Shown one piece after another: positions 1-11,342 of a stretch of 64,000 nucleotides of DNA (within the stretch, counting starts at the first letter, position 1; the number at the start of each line of letters is the position of its first letter). A model generated the notes under the pieces. The model was not told the origin of the DNA, did not search any database, and saw only the letters and a program-made list of their open reading frames with translations. The stretch comes from Myxococcota bacterium (GTDB lineage Bacteria > Myxococcota_A > UBA9160 > UBA6930): the NCBI GenBank assembly GCA_965223705.1, contig OZ245015.1, positions 2,272,001 through 2,336,000 of the forward strand, in the 5' to 3' direction. A program made the position numbers and the translations under genes.

Positions 1-197
1 CCCTCGGTTGGTTGGGGCCGCGCGGGCTCGATGCCTTGATGCTGCGGCGGGCTTCCGGAACCGACACCGTTGACGCGCTCCTTTCCCAGCGCGCCGGAGC
101 GCTCGTCGCGAGCCGCGCTTTCCGTCCTTTGATGATCACCACGCACCCAGATATCGCGAAGTCCGATTGCCTCTTCTACGCGGTTGCCAAGACGTGA
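1..197 (+). CDS. possible 3' end of a gene running in from outside the window (unknown product)
   Basis: Open frame from the window edge to TGA at 195-197, converging on the stop of the phyH-like gene; no recognisable motif. Confidence 0.3.
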   Translation, partial: LGWLGPRGLDALMLRRASGTDTVDALLSQRAGALVASRAFRPLMITTHPDIAKSDCLFYAVAKT

Positions 198-206
198 TCC
201 GGGGCA

Positions 207-1052
207 TTAACCGTGTTGAGGCAGGAGCGCTTCGGCGGTGTTCTCGATTTCACTTGAGGGCAGTCCGTCGACCGCATAGAACCCCAGCGCGCCGTTGGGC
301 GTGTTCCCGATCATGTCGAGGAGCTCGGGCGTTAGGGTCTCCGCGACGGCGGGTGGGACCGCCAAGGACTGGTTCTCTTCCTGCCGCAGCCAGCCGAGCG
401 AGTACGTGAGGATCACGCCGTAGCGCCAATCCCCGGAGACGTTCGCCCCCGCACCGTGGAGGGTGCCGCCCAACCAGAACAGCACGGATCCAGCCTCCAT
501 ATCCACAGGGAAGACTTCGCCCGGCAGCGGTGTTCGCTCCGGCCCCCACTTGTGGCTCCCCGGCACCAGCAGGGTTCCGCCGTTTTCGGCGGTGAAGTCC
601 GAGATCGCCCACATCGTCGCGACAACGAGGTTCGGCCGCGGCGTTGCAAAGAACGGGAACGTGTCTTCCTCGCGGTGGAGCGATTGCTGGCGAGCGCCCG
701 GACCGACCTCGACGGCCGCGCCCACGTGCAACTGATAGCGGCCGCCCGGCGAGCAGTTCGGAAGGAGGAAGTGGTCGCAGACGGTTTTGGCGACCGGATG
801 CAGGACGAAATCGCGCGCCGTTTCGGACTGCGCGACGAGGGAGATCACGCGGCGTGTGTGACCGGGATAGAACGAGCTCCCGTCGTCCTCCGTGTCGACG
901 CGAGTCCGTGTCATGGCGCCGGCGAGCTCGCCTCGCAGCGCCGCGCGCTGCTCCGCGCTGGTCACCTCGGTCACGATGAGGCAGCCGGCTTCCTCGAGGA
1001 GCGGGATTCCGCGATGGGCCAACTCGGAATACGCGATCGTGGGGATGGTCAC
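207..1052 (-). CDS. phytanoyl-CoA dioxygenase (PhyH) family 2OG-Fe(II) dioxygenase
   Basis: PGARQQSLHREED, MWAISDFTAENGGT, LHGAGAN and LGWLRQEEN motifs; GTG start overlaps the upstream TGA (GTGA). Confidence 0.88.
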   Translation of the reverse strand: MTIPTIAYSELAHRGIPLLEEAGCLIVTEVTSAEQRAALRGELAGAMTRTRVDTEDDGSSFYPGHTRRVISLVAQSETARDFVLHPVAKTVCDHFLLPNCSPGGRYQLHVGAAVEVGPGARQQSLHREEDTFPFFATPRPNLVVATMWAISDFTAENGGTLLVPGSHKWGPERTPLPGEVFPVDMEAGSVLFWLGGTLHGAGANVSGDWRYGVILTYSLGWLRQEENQSLAVPPAVAETLTPELLDMIGNTPNGALGFYAVDGLPSSEIENTAEALLPQHG

Positions 1053-2671
1053 GCTGTCGACTCGATCTTCTCGTAGCCGGGAAAGCCCTGCTCGAGTTCC
1101 CCGTAGCAGGACTCGTTGTAGCGCTTGAACCCGCCGCAATAGACCATGAAGACGCGCGGTTTTCCGGGAACGTTCGCACCGGAATACCAGCTCTTCGTCG
1201 TCAGCGCGCCGGGGCGACGCTCGGCGTAACGAAGCGTCTCGGCGCGCCAGTGTTGCTGGGACTCGGCGAGCGGATGAAGTTGCGGTCGCCCGTGCCCCTC
1301 GAGCCACTCGACGGTGTCGAAGATGAAGTCGACCTGCTGCTCCGCGAGCGTCGCCATGTTCGAAAGCACCGAAGGCGACTGGGCACTCGACGGGAAGAAG
1401 AGGTTCGGAAATCCGTGCACCATGGTGCCGAGGTAGTTCATCGGTCCGTCCGCCCAGGCGTCCTTCATGGTGCGTCCGCCCATGCCGACGATGTCCATCG
1501 CGAAGACGGGCCCGGAAATGGCGTCGAACCCGGTGGCATAGACAATGACGTCGAGAGGGATCCTCTCCTCGGTCGTGCGAATCCCATCGGCGAGAATGCG
1601 TTCGATCGGCGTTTCTCGCAGGGAGACCAGACGAACGTGCGGCAGGTTGAACGTCTGCAGGTAGACGTTGCTCATACAGGGTCGCTTCCCCCCGTACGGG
1701 TGATCCCACGGCGTTAGGTGATCCGCAGTCCACGGATCGTCGACTTGCTCGCGCATCCGCTCGCGGACGAAGTCCGAAATGGCGTCATTCGCCTCGGGCA
1801 AATACGCGTCGCGGAATGCGAGCGGGATGTACGTCCCTTCCCATGCCCGCTCGAGCGCCTCCTCGCGTCCCTTTTCGTCGAGCTCGATGAACCGCTCGTG
1901 CCCCATGTCGAGCGGCACATGCCCGCCGTAGGACTCGCGAAAAGCGCGACGGACCGCTTGCGGGTCTTCGCGCAGACGCGCGACGATGTCGGCATCCATG
2001 GGACCCGAGCGAACCGGAGTGACGTAGTTGGCCGTGCGCTGGAAGACGACAACTTCCGAAGCGACCTTTGCGATCTCCGGGATCGCCTGCACACCCGACG
2101 ATCCGGTGCCGATGACGCCGACTCGCTTGCCGCGGAAATCGACGCTTCCGTCTTGGGGCCAACTCGAAGTGAAGTAGGCTTCGCCGGCGAAGTCGTCGAC
2201 CCCTTCGATATCCGGTGCTTTGGGGTCCGAGAGCGCGCCGATGGCGAGGATCGGATACCGGCAGGTGACCGACTCACCGGCGGCGGTACCGATCGACCAG
2301 AACCCGGTTTCTTCGTCGTAGTGCACCGAGACCACCTTCGTGTCGAAGGTGATGTCTTTCAGGACGTCGCACCGCTCGGCCACGAATCGGAGGTAGCGCT
2401 GGATCTCACCCTGCTCCGCGCAGGCGTCCGTCCAGTTCCAGTCGCGCACGATGTCGTCGCTGAAGAAGTACGCGTAGTTGTAACTCTCGACGTCGCAGCG
2501 CGCGCCGGGGTAGGCATTCCAGTACCAGGTTCCGCCGACGTCCGACCCTCGTTCGAAGCCCCTGACGCTGAAACCGCGTTGGCGCGCTTGCCAGAGTGCG
2601 TAAATTCCCGCGAATCCCGAACCGACGACGACGATGTCACAATCGAGTTGACGCTTCGTGTTCTCTTCCAT
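1049..2671 (-). CDS. Baeyer-Villiger monooxygenase (cyclohexanone monooxygenase family)
   Basis: GSGFAG, GGTWYWNAYPGARCD, GTGSSG, ATGFD and SWYSGANVPGK motifs. Confidence 0.9.
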   Translation of the reverse strand: MEENTKRQLDCDIVVVGSGFAGIYALWQARQRGFSVRGFERGSDVGGTWYWNAYPGARCDVESYNYAYFFSDDIVRDWNWTDACAEQGEIQRYLRFVAERCDVLKDITFDTKVVSVHYDEETGFWSIGTAAGESVTCRYPILAIGALSDPKAPDIEGVDDFAGEAYFTSSWPQDGSVDFRGKRVGVIGTGSSGVQAIPEIAKVASEVVVFQRTANYVTPVRSGPMDADIVARLREDPQAVRRAFRESYGGHVPLDMGHERFIELDEKGREEALERAWEGTYIPLAFRDAYLPEANDAISDFVRERMREQVDDPWTADHLTPWDHPYGGKRPCMSNVYLQTFNLPHVRLVSLRETPIERILADGIRTTEERIPLDVIVYATGFDAISGPVFAMDIVGMGGRTMKDAWADGPMNYLGTMVHGFPNLFFPSSAQSPSVLSNMATLAEQQVDFIFDTVEWLEGHGRPQLHPLAESQQHWRAETLRYAERRPGALTTKSWYSGANVPGKPRVFMVYCGGFKRYNESCYGELEQGFPGYEKIESTA

Positions 2672-2679
2672 GGCTGTCC

Positions 2680-3156
2680 TTAGTCCTTCGCTAGCGGCCT
2701 AGTCTCCGGGGAGCGGTTTGACGGCTCGATCGTGACGAGAACGAGTCGCTTCATAGCTTCCGCGAGGTCGTCTTCTCTCGGACGTTTTTCCCCGTCGAGC
2801 CGCACCCCGGCAAACGGCGCGTCCCGGGGCACGGCGGTGAGGAAAGCACGCATCGTGGGCAGCATCACGTCGGGTTCGCGTTCCGTGCGTGCCGTCCCCG
2901 GGAGCCACTGTCTCCGCCGGAGGGTGCGTACGGGCGCGGGTTCCTCGAAGTTGCGCCACCAGGCGCTGCCGCGAGCGGCAAAGCAGTGCACGCGTCCGCC
3001 GTTCTCGAAATAGCTGACGGGCGTCCGGTACGTGCGACCGGACTTCCCACCCGTGAATTCCAACACCAGGGTGTTGTGGCTCAGCAAGCCGTGCAGTGGC
3101 GAGCACAGCAGTGCCCGGACCAGTGGGTTGAGGAGGGAATACAGCTTCGAGGCCAT
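2680..3156 (-). CDS. deazaflavin (F420)-dependent nitroreductase/quinone reductase family protein
   Basis: LNPLVRALL..SPLH, TGGKSGRTYRTPV and WWRN motifs; ATG at 3156 (MASKLYS). Confidence 0.7.
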   Translation of the reverse strand: MASKLYSLLNPLVRALLCSPLHGLLSHNTLVLEFTGGKSGRTYRTPVSYFENGGRVHCFAARGSAWWRNFEEPAPVRTLRRRQWLPGTARTEREPDVMLPTMRAFLTAVPRDAPFAGVRLDGEKRPREDDLAEAMKRLVLVTIEPSNRSPETRPLAKD

Positions 3157-3165
3157 ATTGACTAG

Positions 3166-3182
3166 ATAACAATCAGTGTTAT
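3166..3182. promoter_or_regulatory. AT-rich inverted repeat ATAACA-N5-TGTTAT in the divergent katG promoter region; candidate regulator site
   Basis: Perfect 6-bp palindromic arms in a short AT-rich intergenic region of a GC-rich genome. Confidence 0.35.
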
Positions 3183-3206
3183 TTGTGGGTTCAGGCGGAG
3201 ACGTGA

Positions 3207-5444
<2,238 letters not shown>

Positions 5445-5456
5445 CGACGCCATGCT

Positions 5457-5491
5457 GGAGCGCCCGGAACCGTGACGGTTCCGGGCGCTCC
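5457..5491 (+). terminator. 16-bp perfect stem-loop downstream of katG
   Basis: GGAGCGCCCGGAACCG-TGA-CGGTTCCGGGCGCTCC; no clear U-tract. Confidence 0.55.
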
Positions 5492-5626
5492 CTCAAAAGG
5501 TATACGCCGGTGCCGCCATCGGCGAAACTCGGTATCGCGCTCGTAGAAACCCCGTCGGGAGTTCCTCGCATACTCGGATCGGGATCCGCGACCGATATAG
5601 CGTGACGGCTTTGGAGGTCGGACTCT

Positions 5627-6814
5627 ATGCGAGGGGGCGGCGAGGCGGCGCGTAGTCCGCGCGAAGGGTCGCGAGCGTGGCTCGCCGACCAACCGGCGAT
5701 TCGGCGCGAGATCGAGCGGGATCGCTCGATCAAGCTGCGCGTGCGGGCCCGGGTATTCCTCAGCCTGGGCCCCTTGGTCTTCATGAGCTTCTGGGGCCTC
5801 GATTGGCTGATCGCGCCCGAGCTCGCCCCTACGTTCCTGTGGCTGCGGCTACCCGTGCTGCCGCTCAGTTTCGTCGGTTTTGCGCTCTCCTTCTCGGACC
5901 GGTTCGACAGCGGAATCCGTGTCTTCTCGGCGGCTGGGATCTGCTGGGGAGCCTTCGCGGTCTCGATCATCGCCGCGATGACGGGAGGCTTCGAAGCGAC
6001 GTACATCACGGGCGTCGTCCTCATCCAGATCGTTCCCCTCTTCCTCCCCTTCCGGCCCTGGGCGATTCTCTTGCTCGAAGTCGCCATCGTCGCCGGGCAC
6101 GTCGCCATCAACCTCGCGTTCCATCCCGCCGATGGATCGATGCTCGAGCCCGTGCTCTTCCTGCTCGCCGCGTCCGTCCTCGTACTGGCGGTCGCCGTCC
6201 TCTCCGAACAAGCGCGCATCCAAGAGGGGGTTCACCGCTATCGGCTCGCCGAAGCGAACGAGGAGCTCGAACAACTCGCCGGCCTCGATGCGCTGACGGG
6301 TCTCGCGAATCGCCGGAGCTTCGATTCCGCACTCCTGCGAGAGTGGCGGCGCCTCAGTCGGTCGAAGCATCCGCTCTGCGTGGTGATCTGCGATGTCGAC
6401 CACTTCAAGGACTACAACGACCACTACGGGCATCCCGCCGGCGACGCGTGCCTACGGAAGGTGGCGCAGTTGATTCGAGAGTCCCTGCATCGACCCTCCG
6501 ACGTGGCGGCCCGCTACGGCGGCGAAGAGTTCGCGGTTTTGCTCCCGGAAGTGGATATCGCCGGCGGCGTCGCCGTCGCCGAGCGAATTCGCGATGCCGT
6601 CGAGTCGCGGAGCCTCCGCCACGAGACCGCTGCGCGAGGCGTTGTCACGTTGAGTCTCGGCGTGGCGGCGCTGATCCCCGATTCGACGCACTCGCAAGCG
6701 AAGCTCGTCGAGTCCGCCGATCGGGCGCTCTATGCGGCGAAGGACCGAGGTCGCAACCGCGTCGAATCCGCCGCTGCCGGCCGGGGGCGACGACTCGCCC
6801 TCATCCAGAGCTAG
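5627..6814 (+). CDS. membrane-bound diguanylate cyclase (GGEEF)
   Basis: Several N-terminal TM helices; DALTGLANRR, DVDHFKDYND, RPSD I-site and GGEEF. Confidence 0.92.
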   Translation: MRGGGEAARSPREGSRAWLADQPAIRREIERDRSIKLRVRARVFLSLGPLVFMSFWGLDWLIAPELAPTFLWLRLPVLPLSFVGFALSFSDRFDSGIRVFSAAGICWGAFAVSIIAAMTGGFEATYITGVVLIQIVPLFLPFRPWAILLLEVAIVAGHVAINLAFHPADGSMLEPVLFLLAASVLVLAVAVLSEQARIQEGVHRYRLAEANEELEQLAGLDALTGLANRRSFDSALLREWRRLSRSKHPLCVVICDVDHFKDYNDHYGHPAGDACLRKVAQLIRESLHRPSDVAARYGGEEFAVLLPEVDIAGGVAVAERIRDAVESRSLRHETAARGVVTLSLGVAALIPDSTHSQAKLVESADRALYAAKDRGRNRVESAAAGRGRRLALIQS

Positions 6815-7968
6815 AGCGGCGCTCCTCGACTCTCGCCGGTCAGGCGCAGCCGGCCCATCGACTCGTAGTTGCCCTGGGCGATCTGGATGTGCTGGGTGGC
6901 GGTGTGAATGTCCCGCCAGTGGCGCTGCAGGGGGTGCGTCGAGAAGATCGACGACGTGCCGGCCGCGGTGTAGAGGCGATCGATGGCCTCAGCCGCGGAG
7001 GCTGCGGCGTGACAGCTCGCGAGCCGGGCGCGGCGACGGACCTCGATGCTGGCTGTCCCCACTCGTTCCACTTCATCCCACAGCGCCTCGGTGGTTTCGA
7101 AGACGTAGCTGCGAGCCGAGCTCACCAGAGCTTCGGCCTTCGCAAAATCGATCTGAGCGGACGGCCGCTCGGCGAGGGAGCCGCTGCTCTGGGCCGGTAC
7201 TTTGCGTTCGGCCAGTTGCTGAAAGCTTTCGAGCGCGGCTCGAGCGATACCGAGTGCCACGGCGACGACGCAAGGCGGAAAGAGCGTGACGATCGGAACG
7301 CGGTAGAGCGTGGTGTCGACGGCCGGTGGATCGGCGAGTGTGACCCAGCGTCCTTCGGGAACGAACGCCTCGCGAACCTCGACGTCGTGGCTGCCCGAAC
7401 CGCAAAGCCCCACGACATCCCACGTGTCATGGATCGCGACGTCTTCGCGCGGGAACATGGGGAGGAGTACTTCGGGGCTGTCGGAGTTCCCGTCCCCTCC
7501 CCCCTCGATGACCACCGTGCCGAGCAGCCAGTTCGCGCCGGGGCAGCCCGAGGCGAAGCGCCAGCGTCCACTCGCCACCAAGCCGCCATCCACCCGTCGG
7601 GCGCTCCCGGTGAGGGCGAGCACTCCGGCGGGAACGGCCGGCTCTGGGCCGGCGAAAATGGATTCGCCCCAGTGTTTCGGCAGGATTCCCGAGACCAGCG
7701 CCGTCGTCTGGTAGTTCATCAAGACCCAACCGGCGGATCCGTCGCCGTAGGAGATTTCCTCGACGACGCGCAACGTGTCGAGCGCGTGGCTTTCGAGTCC
7801 GCCGTAGACCTTGGGCACCGCCATCTGTACGAGTTCGTCTTTGACGAACGCGCGGACAATGTCGTCGGGGAGTCGGCGCGCTTCTTCGAACTCGAGGGCG
7901 CGCGCTGCGAGTTGCGGGGCGAGCCTGCGCGCCGCGGCGAGCTGCGGGTCGCCGCCCTCAGTCGGCAT
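6811..7968 (-). CDS. acyl-CoA dehydrogenase-fold flavin-dependent hydroxylase (HsaA/IacA-like)
   Basis: GSAGW, SGRWRFASG, DTWDVVGLCGSGSHD and LQRHWRDIH motifs; ATG at 7968. Confidence 0.88.
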   Translation of the reverse strand: MPTEGGDPQLAAARRLAPQLAARALEFEEARRLPDDIVRAFVKDELVQMAVPKVYGGLESHALDTLRVVEEISYGDGSAGWVLMNYQTTALVSGILPKHWGESIFAGPEPAVPAGVLALTGSARRVDGGLVASGRWRFASGCPGANWLLGTVVIEGGGDGNSDSPEVLLPMFPREDVAIHDTWDVVGLCGSGSHDVEVREAFVPEGRWVTLADPPAVDTTLYRVPIVTLFPPCVVAVALGIARAALESFQQLAERKVPAQSSGSLAERPSAQIDFAKAEALVSSARSYVFETTEALWDEVERVGTASIEVRRRARLASCHAAASAAEAIDRLYTAAGTSSIFSTHPLQRHWRDIHTATQHIQIAQGNYESMGRLRLTGESRGAPL

Positions 7969-8680
7969 AGTCCGGCTCTTCGCGGTCGAGCGCCGCGACC
8001 ATGCTCGTCCAGGCGTCCTCGAGGACGCCGCTCGCCAGATACTCGCCCCCCATCTTGGCGACGCTCGAAACCACCGCTTGCGGGACCGGCGTGATGGCTG
8101 CCCCGCCGGACGTCGCCGCCACTTGGATGGCACAAGCGCACTCGAGCACGTGGAGCCGGCCGAAAGCTTCGGCCACGCTGCGACCCACAGAGATGGTGCC
8201 GTGGTTGCGCAAGAGGAGGTTGTTCTTTTCGCCGAGGGCTTCGGCGACTTGCTCGTCCCCGACACCGATCCCCTCGTAGTCGACGTAAGCGACGTCTTCG
8301 GCGACGAGCATGGCGGTTTGCGAAAGCGGCAGCAGGCCCTCCGCCTGGGCAGATACCGCCGTGCCGGCCGTCGTGTGGAGATGCAGGATGCAGTTTACGT
8401 CTGGGCGGCGTTCGTGGATGGCGCCGTAGATGGGAAATCCGCCATCGTCGATACGGCCGCCTGCGACCGCCTTGCCCGCGAGGTCGACCTTGACGAGTCT
8501 CGACGCGGTGACTTCGCTGCACATGCTCGGGAAGGGCGTCACCAGCAGATGCTCGGGCTCTTCTGGAACGCGCGCCGAGAGGAGCGTAAACACCAGGTCG
8601 TCCCAACCGCGCCGCGCCACCATGCGGTGCGCTGCGGCCAATGCCCGGCGCTGAGTCGATTCGTTGTTCACCTCGGTCAT
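7958..8680 (-). CDS. class II aldolase/adducin family protein
   Basis: SARVP, EVTASRLVKVD, HLHT and LLRNHG motifs. Confidence 0.88.
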   Translation of the reverse strand: MTEVNNESTQRRALAAAHRMVARRGWDDLVFTLLSARVPEEPEHLLVTPFPSMCSEVTASRLVKVDLAGKAVAGGRIDDGGFPIYGAIHERRPDVNCILHLHTTAGTAVSAQAEGLLPLSQTAMLVAEDVAYVDYEGIGVGDEQVAEALGEKNNLLLRNHGTISVGRSVAEAFGRLHVLECACAIQVAATSGGAAITPVPQAVVSSVAKMGGEYLASGVLEDAWTSMVAALDREEPDYAD

Positions 8681-8684
8681 CGCC

Positions 8685-9563
8685 CTACCTCCCGGTTCGC
8701 TCGAGATGTTCGGACAGCTGCCGGTCATACCGGCTCGTCGCGGCGTCGCCCTGAGAACGCCGATACGGCGTCCAGCGGGGCGGGCCCGCGGGTTCGGGCG
8801 TATCACCCATCACGGTGACGCGCTGGATGATGCGCTCGCCGTCGAAATCGTTCAGGACAAAGTGCTGGGTGCAACGGTTGTCCCACATGGCGACCGTACC
8901 CGGGGTCCAGTGGTACCGGACCGTAAAGCGCGGGTTCGCGATCCACCGGGTGAGGTAGCCGAGCAAGAGCTCACTTTCCTCGTGCGAAAGCTCGACGATG
9001 CGTCTCGTGAAGTGCTGGTTCACGAAGAGCGATTTCTGTCGCGTCACCGGATGAACGCGCACGACTGGATGGATCGCGGCCTTCTCCGGGCGACCGTGGG
9101 GCGATGCATCGTGAAGCGCGGTCAGCCCCTCGCAGAGGTCTCGAAGCGGCGGGGAGAGTTCGTCGTAGGCTTTGTACATGTTGGCCCACATAGTGTCGCC
9201 GCCGACCTCCGGGCATTCGAGCATGTGCAGGACGGCCATCACCGAAGGTTGTTCTTGGAACGTGATGTCGCTGTGCCATTCATCCGCGACGCCGCCGCCA
9301 CTCGCGGCGAGCTCGAAGATCTCGGGCTGCTCGGCCAGCGGATTCCGCAGGTGTGGATGACCTTCCAAGTGACCGAAGAGCCGACCGAAAGCGACGTGCT
9401 CGTCCGGAGTCGGATGTTGATCCGGAAAGAAGAGCACCAGGTGCTCCGTCAACAGCTTGAGGATCTCGTCGGGATCGACCGCAGCGACATCGGCCAACGA
9501 GATCCCGCGCACCTCGGCTCCTAGAGAACCCGAGAGTCGAATGACGTCGAACGGTTCACCCAT
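8685..9563 (-). CDS. TauD/TfdA family 2OG-dependent dioxygenase
   Basis: WHSDITF, GGDTMW, HPVVRVHP and WDNRCTQH motifs. Confidence 0.92.
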   Translation of the reverse strand: MGEPFDVIRLSGSLGAEVRGISLADVAAVDPDEILKLLTEHLVLFFPDQHPTPDEHVAFGRLFGHLEGHPHLRNPLAEQPEIFELAASGGGVADEWHSDITFQEQPSVMAVLHMLECPEVGGDTMWANMYKAYDELSPPLRDLCEGLTALHDASPHGRPEKAAIHPVVRVHPVTRQKSLFVNQHFTRRIVELSHEESELLLGYLTRWIANPRFTVRYHWTPGTVAMWDNRCTQHFVLNDFDGERIIQRVTVMGDTPEPAGPPRWTPYRRSQGDAATSRYDRQLSEHLERTGR

Positions 9564-9660
9564 GTGCCAGGTCCCTCCATGGTCCAACCCGTACAGGATA
9601 GCGCGCGGCCCGTTTCCGATGCGTTCGAGGAGTGCACTCCAGTCGCGCCTCTGACATGCT

Positions 9661-10662
9661 GTGGCGGTGAACGAATTCTGCTGCCGTTTCGGACTTGAGA
9701 CACCCATCCTCAATGCCGGCATGGGCCTGGGAATCGCGGGCCCCGCGCTGGCCCACGGCGTCCGCCTCGCGGGCGGCCTCGGGGTGCTCGGGCTCGGCGG
9801 CCTTCCCAAGGAAGTCGCACGCGATCAGATCGCGGCTTTCCGCCGCCTGTCCGAGCAGCCCTTCGGCGTGAATCAGATCTTGCCGCTGCATCAGGCGGGT
9901 GCCATTGAGGCGTGTATTGAAGCATCGGTCCCGCTGCTGATCCTATTTTGGGGCGATCCGTCGCCCTACGTCGCCGACGCGCGTCGCGCCGGCGTCGCGC
10001 TGTTTTCCCAGGTAGGGGACGCCGAGGAAGCGGCGCGTGCGGCAGACGCCGGTGTGGACGGCGTAGTCGTTCAGGGATGCGAAGCCGGCGGTCACGTCAA
10101 AGCCGTGCGGCCACTCGCCGAGACGCTGCCCGAGACGGTGTCCGCGGTTTCGCCCCGGCCGGTAATCGCCTCGGGCGGCATCCGCACGGGGGAGGACATC
10201 GCTCGTGCCCTTCGCGACGGTGCTTCCGCGGTATCGATCGGAACGCGCTATGTCGCGACGGTTGAGGCGGGCGTGACCGAAGCCTACAAGGAGCGCGTCG
10301 TGGCGGCCCGCAGCGAAGAGACGGCGTTGACCGAATTGTTCGACGTGGGTTGGCCCAACGCGGCTCACCGCGTTCTCCGCAATCGCGCGTTTCGCGAGTG
10401 GGAAGCGGATGGACGCCGGCCTCCGGGGTCGCGCCCGGGAGAAGATCGCGTCGTGGCGAAGCTCAAGGCGGGCACCGGCACCGTGGCGCTGCCGCGCTAC
10501 ACCGTCTCCCCTCCCGTCTCCGGGGTCGAGGGCGACCTCGAGGAGCTTCCGCTCTACTGCGGGGAATCCTGCGACGCAATTCGAGAGATCTCGCGTGCGG
10601 AAACCGTTACGCGCAAACTTCGCGCCGAATTCGAAGCGGCGTGGCCCGGTGGAACGCCCTAG
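9661..10662 (+). CDS. nitronate monooxygenase / 2-nitropropane dioxygenase family flavoprotein
   Basis: PILNAGM, QGCEAGGH, ASGGI and GTRY motifs. Confidence 0.88.
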   Translation: MAVNEFCCRFGLETPILNAGMGLGIAGPALAHGVRLAGGLGVLGLGGLPKEVARDQIAAFRRLSEQPFGVNQILPLHQAGAIEACIEASVPLLILFWGDPSPYVADARRAGVALFSQVGDAEEAARAADAGVDGVVVQGCEAGGHVKAVRPLAETLPETVSAVSPRPVIASGGIRTGEDIARALRDGASAVSIGTRYVATVEAGVTEAYKERVVAARSEETALTELFDVGWPNAAHRVLRNRAFREWEADGRRPPGSRPGEDRVVAKLKAGTGTVALPRYTVSPPVSGVEGDLEELPLYCGESCDAIREISRAETVTRKLRAEFEAAWPGGTP

Positions 10663-10922
10663 ATCCCCAAGCGGCTCAAGGCGTTGACCACGGCTCGCAC
10701 GGCCGTCGTCAAATGCGGGTGGGAATCTTCGAAGCTCACCTCCGCTTCTCGAAGGCGGGAGATGATGGTGCTTCCCAGATCGGATTCGCTCGAGGCGAGG
10801 AGCGCTTCGATCTCTCCGAGCGCTTCACTCAGGGCGCGGGTTTGCTCCTGACTCAAAGGCTCCCCGGCATCGATCTCGCGATGAAGCTCGGCGACGGTCT
10901 CGCGTAGGTCTTCCCGGGACAC
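10659..10922 (-). CDS. DUF4404-like small protein
   Basis: C-terminal FEDSHPHLT...ALSRLGI pattern; GGAGG RBS. Confidence 0.75.
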   Translation of the reverse strand: MSREDLRETVAELHREIDAGEPLSQEQTRALSEALGEIEALLASSESDLGSTIISRLREAEVSFEDSHPHLTTAVRAVVNALSRLGI

Positions 10923-10985
10923 TTCTGAGAACCTCCTTCCCGCGCAAGATTACCGAACTCCCCGGTCTCTACGCTCTCCGACGCG

Positions 10986-11315
10986 CTAGCGGTTGTCGTA
11001 GACCTCCTTCGCGACGATCGCGGCATTGACTGCGGTGGGCCAGCCCGCGTAGAACGCCAGCTGCGTGATGATCTCGCCGATCTCGTCCTCGGTGACCCCG
11101 TTATCGAGGGCCCGGCCGATGTGGCTCCTCAGCTGATCCGTGCGATAGAGGGCGGTCAGCACGGCGACGATGATCAAACTTCGGTCGCGCTTGCTCAAGC
11201 CGGGCCGCTCCCAGATGTCGCCGAACACGACGTCGGTCGTCAATTCGGCGAGGTGGGGCGCCACTTCCTTCATCACCTCGTAAACGTCGGGTCGCTCGTG
11301 TGAGTTCTCAGGCAC
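10986..11315 (-). CDS. carboxymuconolactone decarboxylase family protein
   Basis: FGDIWERPGLSKRDRSLI, ALDNGVT and AFYAGWP motifs. Confidence 0.88.
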   Translation of the reverse strand: MPENSHERPDVYEVMKEVAPHLAELTTDVVFGDIWERPGLSKRDRSLIIVAVLTALYRTDQLRSHIGRALDNGVTEDEIGEIITQLAFYAGWPTAVNAAIVAKEVYDNR

Positions 11316-11342
11316 TGGTTGTCTCCTGGTTGGTTGGTCGGG

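Noticed and set aside
1053..1733. N-terminal extension of the 508-aa ORF 207-1733
   Set aside because: Overlaps the BVMO in another frame; the real PhyH start is GTG 1052
5677..8094. 805-aa plus-strand ORF
   Set aside because: Arg/Pro/Ala-rich shadow frame overlapping a clear GGDEF gene and an antisense hydroxylase gene; typical high-GC artefact
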